A DNA stretch of 64,000 nt from Sphingomonadales bacterium (GTDB lineage Bacteria > Pseudomonadota > Alphaproteobacteria > Sphingomonadales > Sphingomonadaceae), in the NCBI GenBank assembly GCA_031415335.1, contig JANORM010000068.1, positions 1,136 through 65,135 of the forward strand, in the 5' to 3' direction. The notes beneath the pieces are model-generated. The model was not told the DNA's origin, made no database searches, and was given only the letters and a program-made list of their open reading frames with translations. The position numbers and the translations under genes are program-made. Position 1 is the first letter of the stretch. Each line of letters starts with the position of its first letter. Shown one piece after another: positions 17,797 through 27,015 of this stretch.

Positions 17797-20154
17797 ATGG
17801 CTTCACGCGCCCAGAAATCCAGCACGTCCCAACCGCAAATGGCTGGTTGGCGTCAATTGATGCGCCAGTCGATTTTGCGCAGCGGCGCGGTAATCGCTGC
17901 AATCGTATTGGCGTTATTTGCATGTTATTACGCTTTGGCATTGCTCAGTTACTCCGCCGCGGACCCTGCGTTTAATAGCAGCGCGGCGATTGTGCAGCAT
18001 AATTGGATGGGGCAAACGGGCGCGTATTTGGCCGATGCGGCGCTGTTTCTGTTTGGTGTGCCTGCGATTTTATTTTTGCCATTGATGCTCATATTCGCTC
18101 GCCGTCTGGGGCTTAATATCTTGCAACCGCGTTGGAAGCGGCAGATATTATTGTGCCTGCTGGGCATGATATTCCTGGGTTTCGGTATGGCATTTTGGCA
18201 GCATGGCAACGATATCGAACTGCCCGCCGGATGGGGCGGCACGATTGCAATATTGCTTGATAACGCCGCTATTTGGCTGGTCGCCCAAATTGGTGAAGGA
18301 TGGCAGTTTCTGGTCCGGTTGCTGTTGACAGGCGGAAGCCTACTGGGCGGAGCCTTATTGGTTATACGGTCGTTAGAACTTGAAAAGCCATTGTTTCGTA
18401 TGCCGGCAATCGCTCTGCCGAAACCGAATTTGGCGACCAAAATGGGCCTTGGCAAAATGGGCCTTGGCAAAATGGCGGCGCAAACGGGCGATGATGATGA
18501 ATATGTGCCAACACCAGTGATCGAGGCTGCGCCGCGTAAAATCGTTGAACGCGAAGAACGCAAAGCTCCGGAAATCAGCGAACGTAGCGAGCCGACAAAG
18601 AAAGCCAATTTTTCAACGGGCGCGCGTCAGGGAGACTTTTTCGGCAGCTATGTTCTGCCGTCGGTTGACCTGCTCGATCCGCCGCCGCCCAATTCCGCAC
18701 CAAAACTCGACAAGGCCGCGCTGGAGAGCAACGCGCGGCTGCTGGAAACGGTACTTGATGATTTCCACGTCAAGGGTCAGATTACAGCCGTGCGCCCTGG
18801 TCCTGTGGTCACAATGTATGAATTGGAGCCCGCCGCCGGGATTAAATCCAGCCGCGTTATCCAATTGGCCGAGGATATTGCCCGCAACATGTCGGCATTA
18901 TCGGCGCGGGTATCGACAATCCCGGGCCGCACGGTGATGGGCATCGAGCTGCCCAATGCCCACCGCGAATCGGTGGTGCTGCATGAAATGGTCGCCTCCG
19001 ACGCCTTTGCCGATCAAAAAGGCGCGCTACCGATTATCTTGGGCAAGAATATCTCCGGCGATCCAGTGATTGCCGACCTCGCGCCCATGCCGCATTTGCT
19101 GGTCGCAGGGACAACGGGGTCGGGTAAATCAGTTGGATTAAACTCGATGATCCTGTCGCTGCTTTATCGTTTAACGCCCGATCAATGCCGGATGATTATG
19201 ATCGATCCCAAGATGCTGGAGCTGTCTATCTATGACGATATTCCGCATCTGTTGTCGCCCGTGGTTACCGAACCGGCCAAGGCGATCCGCGCGCTGAAAT
19301 GGGCGGTGGAGCAAATGGAGGAACGGTACCGGATGATGTCGTCATTGTCGGTGCGCAATCTGGCCAATTTCAATGACAAGGTCCGCACTGCAAAGGCCAA
19401 GGGCGCGCCATTGGGGCGCAAGGTGCAAATCGGATATGATCCGATGACGGGCCAACCGCAATATGAAGAAGAAAGCTTAGAATACGAACCCATGCCGCAG
19501 ATTGTTATTATCGTCGACGAGCTTGCCGACTTGATGATGACGGCGGGTAAAGAGGTCGAGTTTCTAATCCAGCGATTGGCGCAAAAGGCGCGGGCGGCGG
19601 GCATCCACCTTATCATGGCGACGCAGCGTCCGTCGGTGGATGTTATCACGGGCGTTATCAAGGCAAACCTGCCGACCCGAATTTCATTCCACGTCACCTC
19701 AAAAATCGACAGCCGCACGATATTGGGCGAACAGGGCGCGGAACAATTATTGGGCAAGGGCGACATGCTCTATATGGCGGGCGGCCGGCAACTGACCCGC
19801 ATTCATGGTCCCTTTGTGTCGGATGACGAGGTGCGCCGCGTCGCCGATTACTGGCGCACACAGGGCCAGCCCGAATATATCCAAGCGGTGACCGAAGAAC
19901 CCGAAGATGGCGGCTTTGCGCTGGACGGTATCGGCGGCGATGACAGCCCAGAGGACGCACAATACCGCAAGGCGTGCCAGATTGTGTTCGAAAGCCAAAA
20001 GGCATCGACCAGCTGGGTACAACGGCAATTGCGCATCGGCTATAACAGTGCAGCGCGGTTGATTGACCGGATGGAAGAGGATGGCTTTGTTTCCGCCCCC
20101 AACCATATCGGGCGGCGCGAGGTGTTGCGCGATCAGCATGGCGAGCCGATTTAG
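17797..20154 (+). CDS. ftsK: DNA translocase FtsK
   Basis: N-terminal TM domain, GTTGSGKS, VDELADLM, ATQRPSVDV and gamma domain IGYNSAARL. Confidence 0.97.
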   Translation: MASRAQKSSTSQPQMAGWRQLMRQSILRSGAVIAAIVLALFACYYALALLSYSAADPAFNSSAAIVQHNWMGQTGAYLADAALFLFGVPAILFLPLMLIFARRLGLNILQPRWKRQILLCLLGMIFLGFGMAFWQHGNDIELPAGWGGTIAILLDNAAIWLVAQIGEGWQFLVRLLLTGGSLLGGALLVIRSLELEKPLFRMPAIALPKPNLATKMGLGKMGLGKMAAQTGDDDEYVPTPVIEAAPRKIVEREERKAPEISERSEPTKKANFSTGARQGDFFGSYVLPSVDLLDPPPPNSAPKLDKAALESNARLLETVLDDFHVKGQITAVRPGPVVTMYELEPAAGIKSSRVIQLAEDIARNMSALSARVSTIPGRTVMGIELPNAHRESVVLHEMVASDAFADQKGALPIILGKNISGDPVIADLAPMPHLLVAGTTGSGKSVGLNSMILSLLYRLTPDQCRMIMIDPKMLELSIYDDIPHLLSPVVTEPAKAIRALKWAVEQMEERYRMMSSLSVRNLANFNDKVRTAKAKGAPLGRKVQIGYDPMTGQPQYEEESLEYEPMPQIVIIVDELADLMMTAGKEVEFLIQRLAQKARAAGIHLIMATQRPSVDVITGVIKANLPTRISFHVTSKIDSRTILGEQGAEQLLGKGDMLYMAGGRQLTRIHGPFVSDDEVRRVADYWRTQGQPEYIQAVTEEPEDGGFALDGIGGDDSPEDAQYRKACQIVFESQKASTSWVQRQLRIGYNSAARLIDRMEEDGFVSAPNHIGRREVLRDQHGEPI

Positions 20155-20238
20155 CGCGCGTTTGCGGTTCACCCCCTATTCAATCGCTGCGCCCTAAACA
20201 ATGCGGCAAGGTTCACATTCTCCCAAGGAAGCAAGCTT

Positions 20239-20859
20239 ATGAAGAAATATCTCGCCGCCGCACTTATTCCGCCGGCAATCATCATGATGGCCGCGCCGAT
20301 TGCGGCGCAGCAACCGCAGGGCAAGATTTCAAGCGTTACGGCCCATATGCAGGCGGTACGCACGATGTCAGCGACCTTTACCCAAACCGACCGCAAGGGC
20401 CAATCGCTGTCTGGCAAGCTGCTGTTAAAACGCCCCGGCCATGTCCGCTTTGAATATCAAAAGGACGTGCCATTGTTGATTGTGGCCGATGGCAAGTCGC
20501 TGACCATGATTGATTACGGCGTGCGCCAAGTGCAACGTTGGCCCATCGGCAACAGCCCGCTGTCGGCCTTGCTTAACCCGGGGCAAGACTTGACGCGGTA
20601 CGGCAAGATGATCCCAACCACCAATGACGGCGTTATCAGTATTGAGGTGCGCGATCCCAAACGGCCGGAATATGGTACGATGAACCTGGTGTTCGTAAAA
20701 GACGCCAGCGCGCCATCCGGATATGCGCTGAACGGATGGGTTGCGCTCGATTCCAAAAACAACCGCACGACGATTCGATTGTCAAATGTAAAATATAATG
20801 GATCGATCGCTGATTCGAGCTTTCGTTGGAAAGACCCGCGCACGGCGCGGCGTAAATGA
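20239..20859 (+). CDS. lolA: Outer-membrane lipoprotein carrier LolA
   Basis: ATFTQ, KRPGHVRFEY and LIVADG motifs; follows ftsK. Confidence 0.9.
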   Translation: MKKYLAAALIPPAIIMMAAPIAAQQPQGKISSVTAHMQAVRTMSATFTQTDRKGQSLSGKLLLKRPGHVRFEYQKDVPLLIVADGKSLTMIDYGVRQVQRWPIGNSPLSALLNPGQDLTRYGKMIPTTNDGVISIEVRDPKRPEYGTMNLVFVKDASAPSGYALNGWVALDSKNNRTTIRLSNVKYNGSIADSSFRWKDPRTARRK

Positions 20860-20964
20860 TGTCATATGTCACGACGTATCGACGAAGCGATGGATTGTAA
20901 CGTCAGATTGCTTTGCTGAACGGCGTTGTTCATCCCACCGACAGGTTAGCCGGCCTATACATAA

Positions 20965-21090
20965 ACCATCGAAGGGAAGGCGTTGTGAGGTTTATCCCCT
21001 GTTGCCCACAACAATCTCCTGCCTTCGGTTACAGCGTGACGAACGCAAATTAGCCCTCATCCCAAATGCCCCCGGGATGGGGGCTTTAAT
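20965..21090 (+). ncRNA. Candidate small RNA with intrinsic terminator
   Basis: Nested stems GAAGGC/GCCTTC and GTTGTG/CACAAC around a C-rich loop, hairpin GCGT-GACGA-ACGC, then a terminator. No convincing ORF. Confidence 0.5.
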
Positions 21091-21091
21091 T
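21052..21091 (+). terminator. Rho-independent terminator
   Basis: AGCCCTCATCCC-N9-GGGATGGGGGCT followed by TTAATTT. Confidence 0.7.
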
Positions 21092-21120
21092 TATGCGGTT
21101 TTTGAAAATCGGATCTTCTC

Positions 21121-21136
21121 TCAACCTTTTATTAAC
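21121..21136 (+). promoter_or_regulatory. Candidate CtrA box
   Basis: TCAA-CCTTTTA-TTAAC, one mismatch to TTAA-N7-TTAAC. Confidence 0.45.
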
Positions 21137-21213
21137 CATGTTGGCCCATGTCTGCCTGTGGAGAATTGTTTTCGGGCAATAAACGGTTTGGGCAGCTATT
21201 GGGGAGCGAGGTC

Positions 21214-21549
21214 ATGGATTTCGATCAAGATCGGTTGTTATTGGCAAAGGCGCAATTGAGCGACCTGTTAAACATTTTACGCGTCACCAATTTTGACAGC
21301 AACCCAGTGCAGTTTCTGATGCGGCTCGACGCCGTTCGCCACACCGCGATGGACCATAGGTTTGAGGCCGTGGCCGAAATAGCTTCGCATTTCGAAGAGT
21401 CGATGGAGCGCGTCATGGGCAGCGGCCATAGCGATATGATCGTGCGCAACTATACCGAAATTTTGGACGAGGCCATTGGCTGCGGCAGTATCGGCGTCGA
21501 AATCGCGCAGTCGCTGTTGGCATCGGTGGCGATGCGGCTGCGTAACTAG
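21214..21549 (+). CDS. Small helical hypothetical protein (possibly Hpt-like bundle)
   Basis: GGAGCGAGG ribosome-binding site; amphipathic helices; LDAVRHTA. Confidence 0.65.
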   Translation: MDFDQDRLLLAKAQLSDLLNILRVTNFDSNPVQFLMRLDAVRHTAMDHRFEAVAEIASHFEESMERVMGSGHSDMIVRNYTEILDEAIGCGSIGVEIAQSLLASVAMRLRN

Positions 21550-21614
21550 GGTCCTGACCCCAAGGCCCTGACCCAAACATTTCAATTTGCGGCGGGTTGG
21601 TTTAACGCAGCAAC

Positions 21615-22181
21615 ATGGACGCATTTCTCACTACGTTAATATCAGTATTTTTCGCAGAAATTGGCGACCGCAGCCAGATACTGACGGTCGCACTGGCGTT
21701 GCGGTTTCGCGATGACAAATCGGTGCTCGCCGGATTGGCCTTGGCCACTTTGCTCAACTGTATGCTGGCTGCCACGCTGGGTTCGCGAATTGATGATTGG
21801 ATAAGCGAAGAACCTGTCCGGTTGTTCACGGCCATGGCCTATGTTTTTGCAGGCGGCGGCATGTTGGCGTGGCGCGGCAAAGTTGATTTATTGGAAAATT
21901 GGAAATTCAGCGCCTTTACCACCAGCTTTCTGGGGCTGTTCATTCTGCAATTTGGCGACAAGAGCCAATTCCTAATCCTTGTTGGCGCGGCAAATACCTC
22001 GTTATGGGGATTTGTGCTCGCCGGCGGCTTTGCCGGTATCATGGCGGCCAGCGTACCGTTGATATTTTTACGGGGACAGATTTCGGAAAAAGTGCCGATA
22101 GCCCTGATCCGCAGGATTGCAGGAACCGTGATGTTGGTCTGGGGCATGTATCTGGCGCTTGGCGCATTCAAGCTGATTTAG
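21615..22181 (+). CDS. TMEM165/GDT1 (UPF0016) family Mn/Ca transporter
   Basis: AEIGDRSQ and QFGDKSQ repeats; about 6 TM helices. Confidence 0.88.
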   Translation: MDAFLTTLISVFFAEIGDRSQILTVALALRFRDDKSVLAGLALATLLNCMLAATLGSRIDDWISEEPVRLFTAMAYVFAGGGMLAWRGKVDLLENWKFSAFTTSFLGLFILQFGDKSQFLILVGAANTSLWGFVLAGGFAGIMAASVPLIFLRGQISEKVPIALIRRIAGTVMLVWGMYLALGAFKLI

Positions 22182-22282
22182 AGCGTGATGACAAAAAGTG
22201 GAAACCGGTTTTTGTCGATAAATCACGCGACAACAAAAATTTAGGACGAACATTTGATTCAATCAAATGTCATCCCGCTCTG
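22179..22282 (+). repeat. Bru-RS-like double-hairpin interspersed repeat, copy A
   Basis: TAGAGCGTGATGACAAAAAGTGGAAACCGGTTTTTGTC...ATCACGC plus a second hairpin ACATTTGATT-C-AATCAAATGT; homologous to 57686-57786. Confidence 0.8.
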
Positions 22283-22351
22283 GTCGGCTATCCATCTCTG
22301 CTTTGCAAAAACCATTTTCCTACACGGCGATTGTTACCCTATACCATCGCC

Positions 22352-24526
22352 ATGATAAATTCCGTTTCAGGCCCGCGTATCAACCACTCACCAAAAACCG
22401 CAGATTTGCGTTATTTTTTCCTTACATTTTATATCGGGCGTATACTTCGCCACTTTTGCGGTTTTGGAATATTGTTGTTTTTCGCACAGGGTGCGCTTGC
22501 GCAATTGCCCGGTGCACCGCTGAATGTCCCGTCGGTTCTACAAGCCGAAACGAGGACGCCCGCGCCCGGCGGAACGGTGCAATTGGCGTTTGTGATGACC
22601 CCTAAGTCCACTTGGCACGGATATTGGGTGAATGGCGGCGATGCGGGTGTTGGCATGCAGCTGCAATGGGATTTGCCCGCTGGCGTGACGGCAGGTGAGC
22701 TCGCTTATCCGGTGCCAAAGCCGCTGATTATCAGCGGCCTGATGAACTATGTATATGAACGGCCCTATGCGTTACTGTCGCAACTGTCGATTGATCCGAC
22801 CGTGGCCAAGGGAACCCAACTGCGCATCAAAGTGCGCGCCGATTGGCTGGCCTGTACCGACCGGATTTGTGTGCCAGAGGGCGATGATCTGATAATTGAT
22901 CTGGTCGCGGGTGATGGCGCGGTGCACCCTGCCGATGCCAAGTTGTTCGATGGGTATCGCGCCGCATTGCCCGTGCCACTGGACCGTGCGGCGACGTTTG
23001 CGGTGTCGGGCAAATTTGTCGAAATCGCGGTGCCGTTCGCCGAGGCGGCGGCGCTTGACCGGCCCTATTTTTTTGCAACAACCCCAAATGTGGTTGATTA
23101 TCCGGTACCGCAATCGGCGCGGCGATTGGGCGATTTTCTGGTGATTAAAACCGGCTATCGCGGCGAGAATGTAACCGAGATTTCGGGCGTGCTGCGCTAT
23201 GGCAATGATGGCAATGGCCGCGCGCAAGGTCTGGTCATTTCAGCAGTTCCCGGCGCGGTCCCGTTGGGCGGGCAGCAAGTAGCGGCATTGGGCAATGAAG
23301 CCGCCGAACAACCGTCAGCACGCACATTGGACTTTGGCTGGATTTTGGTATTTTCGATTTTGGGCGGATTGATCCTGAACCTGATGCCGTGCGTATTTCC
23401 GATATTGGGGTTGAAGGCATTGTCGCTGGCAAAATTGGGCGGCGATGGCGCGGCGGCGAAACGCGACGCGCTCGCATATACGGGCGGGGTAATCCTAAGC
23501 ACCGTTGCACTGGGCGGCGCGATGCTCGCCCTGCGCGCGGGGGGGCAACAAGTGGGCTGGGCATTCCAATTGCAGGAACCGCGAATGGTGTTGATCCTGC
23601 TGCTGTTAATGGTGGCGGTGACGCTGAATTTATGGGGCAGTTTTGAACTGGCCACGGTCAATATCGGCGACGGTTTGACGCGAAAGCAAGGCGCGGCGGG
23701 GTCATTTTGGACCGGTGTTTTGGCGGCGGCGGTGGCAACGCCGTGCACGGGACCGTTTATGGCGGCGGCATTGGGCGCGGCATTGCTGCTGCCCACTGGA
23801 CCGGCATTGGCGGTGTTTGCGGGACTGGGCTTTGGCCTAGCGTTGCCCTATTTGTTGATCGGATTTGTGCCCAAATTGCGGTCAATGTTGCCAAAGCCCG
23901 GATCTTGGCTGTCGCGGTTTCGCAAAGCGATGGCGATCCCGATGGCATTGACGGCGGCGGCATTGTTGTGGCTATTGTGGCGATTGTCGGGGCAATATGG
24001 ATTGATATTGGGCGGCGCGGCGGCGGCGACGATTATCGCGTTGCTGCTGTTTATTGGTCATGCGCAGCGACGCAGCGGCATAACGCCGCCGATCATGGCG
24101 GCAACAATTTTGGCGCTGACGGCATTTGCGGTATTTGCGCTGCCGCGTGAAGCGGTAACGGCGGCGAAGGGCGCGCAGGTTTTAACCGAGGAAGCATATT
24201 CGCAAGGCGCGCTGGAACAATATCGTGCGCAAGGCGTTCCGGTGTTCGTCTATTTCACTGCCGACTGGTGCGTCACATGCAAGATTAACGAGGTCAGCGC
24301 GGTGCAGCGCAAAGACGTGGCGGCGGCGTTTGATGCCGCAGGAGTAAAGGTTTTGGTCGGAGATTTTACCCGGCGCGATTCCGATTTGGCGCGCGCGTTG
24401 GCCAGCCACGGCCGGTCCGGCGTGCCGCTATATCTCTATTATGCCAAGGGCGCGGAGCCGGAAATATTACCGCAGATTTTGACTGCCGATGCCTTGATCG
24501 GCCGCGCCAAAGGGGCAGTGAGATAA
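22352..24526 (+). CDS. dsbD: DsbD family thiol:disulfide interchange protein (start uncertain)
   Basis: WHGYW.NGGDAG, ACTDRICVP, LNLMPCVFP, ATPCTGPF and TADWCVTCKIN motifs. Confidence 0.88.
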   Translation: MINSVSGPRINHSPKTADLRYFFLTFYIGRILRHFCGFGILLFFAQGALAQLPGAPLNVPSVLQAETRTPAPGGTVQLAFVMTPKSTWHGYWVNGGDAGVGMQLQWDLPAGVTAGELAYPVPKPLIISGLMNYVYERPYALLSQLSIDPTVAKGTQLRIKVRADWLACTDRICVPEGDDLIIDLVAGDGAVHPADAKLFDGYRAALPVPLDRAATFAVSGKFVEIAVPFAEAAALDRPYFFATTPNVVDYPVPQSARRLGDFLVIKTGYRGENVTEISGVLRYGNDGNGRAQGLVISAVPGAVPLGGQQVAALGNEAAEQPSARTLDFGWILVFSILGGLILNLMPCVFPILGLKALSLAKLGGDGAAAKRDALAYTGGVILSTVALGGAMLALRAGGQQVGWAFQLQEPRMVLILLLLMVAVTLNLWGSFELATVNIGDGLTRKQGAAGSFWTGVLAAAVATPCTGPFMAAALGAALLLPTGPALAVFAGLGFGLALPYLLIGFVPKLRSMLPKPGSWLSRFRKAMAIPMALTAAALLWLLWRLSGQYGLILGGAAAATIIALLLFIGHAQRRSGITPPIMAATILALTAFAVFALPREAVTAAKGAQVLTEEAYSQGALEQYRAQGVPVFVYFTADWCVTCKINEVSAVQRKDVAAAFDAAGVKVLVGDFTRRDSDLARALASHGRSGVPLYLYYAKGAEPEILPQILTADALIGRAKGAVR

Positions 24527-24547
24527 TGCAGCTGGGTTAGAGAATAA

Positions 24548-24578
24548 GGCAGGAGCAGATTATAAACCTGCCCCTGCC
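24548..24578. terminator. Hairpin between convergent genes
   Basis: GGCAGGAGCAG-N9-CTGCCCCTGCC. Confidence 0.5.
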
Positions 24579-24600
24579 CCATCACCCGCAAGTTGCGACC

Positions 24601-24981
24601 CTAAAGGGACTTGCTGGTAATTTCGATCCGCTTAATCTGATTTGCCCCAATCACAGAAATCCCCCGACTTCCGGTGATCCCAGACAAAGGGACCGATCTT
24701 TCAAACATTACGGCCGCCGTCGCGGCATCGGCTGCACCGATTTCACTGTCGTTCTCCGCCTTTGGCTTTGCAACGACGGCGACTTCAATCCCCCAATATT
24801 CCGGGCGATCATGATAAATGCGCGGCGCCAACGTGACCTCTAAACAGCCCACAGGCATTCGCCCGCTCACCCATAAATATAAGCTATCCTGGAAAGGAAG
24901 CGTTTTGAGTTCTGCATTTTCAAAGTCAATGATCCGCCCGTTTGGAGCGCTCGAAAGCGACCCGCTGGCTGCGATATTCAT
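24601..24981 (-). CDS. Hypothetical protein (beta-rich, PEYWGIEV motif)
   Basis: Only plausible ORF in the gap; protein-like composition. Confidence 0.65.
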   Translation of the reverse strand: MNIAASGSLSSAPNGRIIDFENAELKTLPFQDSLYLWVSGRMPVGCLEVTLAPRIYHDRPEYWGIEVAVVAKPKAENDSEIGAADAATAAVMFERSVPLSGITGSRGISVIGANQIKRIEITSKSL

Positions 24982-25418
24982 TACTGGCTCCAGATTTTCT
25001 CGAGATATTCTTCGCGCGTTGCCGATCACCGTCACACCGCGCTCTTTATGTGCTTAATATAATCTAAATGACCTTTCCGTAAAGTGAACACGATGTAAAC
25101 TATTGTATATACGTGTAATGCGTTGTATTTATATGGAGAAAAATGTTGATTCTTGTTGCGGTGCACAATTTTTACCCATTTTCAGAATGTGATCGCCATG
25201 GCGACGTCTGAATGCGGCCATTTTCTTGGCAGCGATCGGTGATTCGCAGCTTGATATTGGCCCTGATATTGGCCCGATATTGGCCCTGATAATGTGGGGC
25301 CTGCGTGTCATCGAGGCAACGGCAAAACACAAATCGCCCTGCCGCAATGCAAAGCTCTTTATTTGCGAAGCAAATGCGGATAATGAGTGCACTCTGAAAA
25401 CGTTTAGGAGTCACTGCT

Positions 25419-25964
25419 ATCGCTGTTCCGCCCGTCCGGCGCGCCAATACGCCACCTGTAAAAAGTGGGCCGCGCCACAATGAAATGATCACCGTGGACA
25501 AGGTCCGCGTAATTGACAACGAAGGTGAGAATTTGGGTGTAATGTACACCCGTGAAGCGATTGAGCAGGCCGCTAGTTTAGGCCTTGATCTGGTTGAAAT
25601 TTCGCCCAACGCCGATATTCCGGTGTGTAAGTTTTTAGACATTGGTAAATTCAAATATGAAGCCCAGAAAAAGGCCAATGCCGCGCGCAAGTCTCAACGG
25701 ACGCAAGAGATCAAAGAGATTAAAATGCGGCCCAATATCGACGATCATGACTATTTGACCAAGATGAAAAAGGTCACGGAATTTATCGGCGATGGCGACA
25801 AGGTAAAGGTGACTTTGCGGTTTCGCGGGCGTGAATTGGCGCACCAGCAATTGGGCATGCAGCTGCTGCAGCGTGTGCAGGTCGACATGGTGGAAACCGC
25901 AAAAGTCGAAGCGCATCCGCGCATGGAAGGCCGCCAAATGTTGATGGTGCTGTCACCGAAATAA
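25419..25964 (+). CDS. infC: Translation initiation factor IF-3 with probable non-canonical ATC start
   Basis: [21 protein letters not shown] and RFRGRE motifs. AGGAG at 25406-25410 lies 8 nt before an in-frame ATC. Confidence 0.95.
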   Translation: MAVPPVRRANTPPVKSGPRHNEMITVDKVRVIDNEGENLGVMYTREAIEQAASLGLDLVEISPNADIPVCKFLDIGKFKYEAQKKANAARKSQRTQEIKEIKMRPNIDDHDYLTKMKKVTEFIGDGDKVKVTLRFRGRELAHQQLGMQLLQRVQVDMVETAKVEAHPRMEGRQMLMVLSPK

Positions 25965-26025
25965 ACGGCGTACCTCGTCATCTTGAGATATGCTCAAGCA
26001 GACGAGGCCGCCGAGCCTGAGCGGT

Positions 26026-26610
26026 TTAGGCTTCGCGTTGCTTCTTGCGAACCGCAAGTATGAAAATCACCGCCGCCGCAAAGGCAAAGAAGAACCACTG
26101 GATGGCGTAAACCAAATGGTTATTGGGTATATTGTCCGGCGATGGCCGCGAGAGCAGCGCCAATCCTGGAACCGGATCGGTCGCCACCAGCCGCAATAGT
26201 TGCGTCTTGTCAGGTGCGATGATCCCCGCGATCACTCCGCCATTCCATTGCGGCTTAATCAGCTGCTTGCTCCATCCCACTGCGACAACTGCGCCGGGGC
26301 CTTCTGCGCCGCCCGTTTGGCAGGTTGCAAGGTGCGCAAAGCCAGCCTCTCCTTTGCTATTGCTGCCCGATATTGTCCGCCATTCCGTAACGCGTATGCA
26401 CATCACCGAAGACGCCCGGTACAACGGCAACGCATCCTTGGTTGCCACGGCAGGATAAGTGATGGCTGGCAAATTGGCAGCCTGCGCCAATTGCACCAAC
26501 AGCGCATCTTTCTCTTCTTTGCGATCCAATTGCCACTTGCCTAGCGCAATCAAAATCAGCACGGCGATCGCGGCGATGATTGAGGGAATGACTGGCCATT
26601 TCGCTGTCAT
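26026..26610 (-). CDS. SURF1 family protein
   Basis: LGKWQLDR and NNHLVYAIQWF motifs; within the cox cluster. Confidence 0.88.
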   Translation of the reverse strand: MTAKWPVIPSIIAAIAVLILIALGKWQLDRKEEKDALLVQLAQAANLPAITYPAVATKDALPLYRASSVMCIRVTEWRTISGSNSKGEAGFAHLATCQTGGAEGPGAVVAVGWSKQLIKPQWNGGVIAGIIAPDKTQLLRLVATDPVPGLALLSRPSPDNIPNNHLVYAIQWFFFAFAAAVIFILAVRKKQREA

Positions 26611-27005
26611 GGCTGTTCTCCGTGTGTTTCAGTAATGACGCCTTCCCCGGCACGGTTGCGGTATTCTAACGATAGCATCACGCCTTTGGCCGCACGCAAA
26701 AACCCGACCACTATAGCTGCGGTCAGCGGAACCCAGATCAATGCATGCATCCAAAACGGCGGCCTAACTGCAATGTCCAATAGGATGGCAAGCGTTATGA
26801 CAATTGCGCCAATGGGAATAATCATCAACGCTGCGGGGCCATCACCAACGTTGAATTTGCAGTAATCCAAACCGCAGTTGGTGCATTTATCGCTGAACTG
26901 CGTGGCCGATGCAAACAGGGTAGGTGCACCACATTGCGGGCAAAGACCATAAAGGGCAGCGCGAAATATCGCTGGCTGCCCTTCATGATTTTCCAAATTG
27001 GTCAC
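26607..27005 (-). CDS. DUF983 family membrane protein
   Basis: CPQCG..LF, CTNCGLDY, GDGPA and PPFW motifs. Confidence 0.85.
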   Translation of the reverse strand: MTNLENHEGQPAIFRAALYGLCPQCGAPTLFASATQFSDKCTNCGLDYCKFNVGDGPAALMIIPIGAIVITLAILLDIAVRPPFWMHALIWVPLTAAIVVGFLRAAKGVMLSLEYRNRAGEGVITETHGEQP

Positions 27006-27015
27006 GACATCCCGA

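Noticed and set aside
21550-21614. yybP-ykoY Mn riboswitch upstream of the TMEM165 gene
   Set aside because: The gap is too short and lacks the consensus; it is occupied by the 14-bp repeat units.
22255-22267. FNR/FixK box TTGAT...ATCAA (also at 57761)
   Set aside because: The spacer is 3 nt rather than 4, and it lies inside a repeat hairpin.
21899-22351. N-terminal extension of the 875-aa dsbD ORF
   Set aside because: It overlaps the TMEM165 gene and runs through a palindromic repeat, so it is an ORF-calling artefact.
25129-25690. ORFs overlapping the infC leader
   Set aside because: They are antisense or low-complexity products of the GATATTGGCCC repeat, with no protein motifs.
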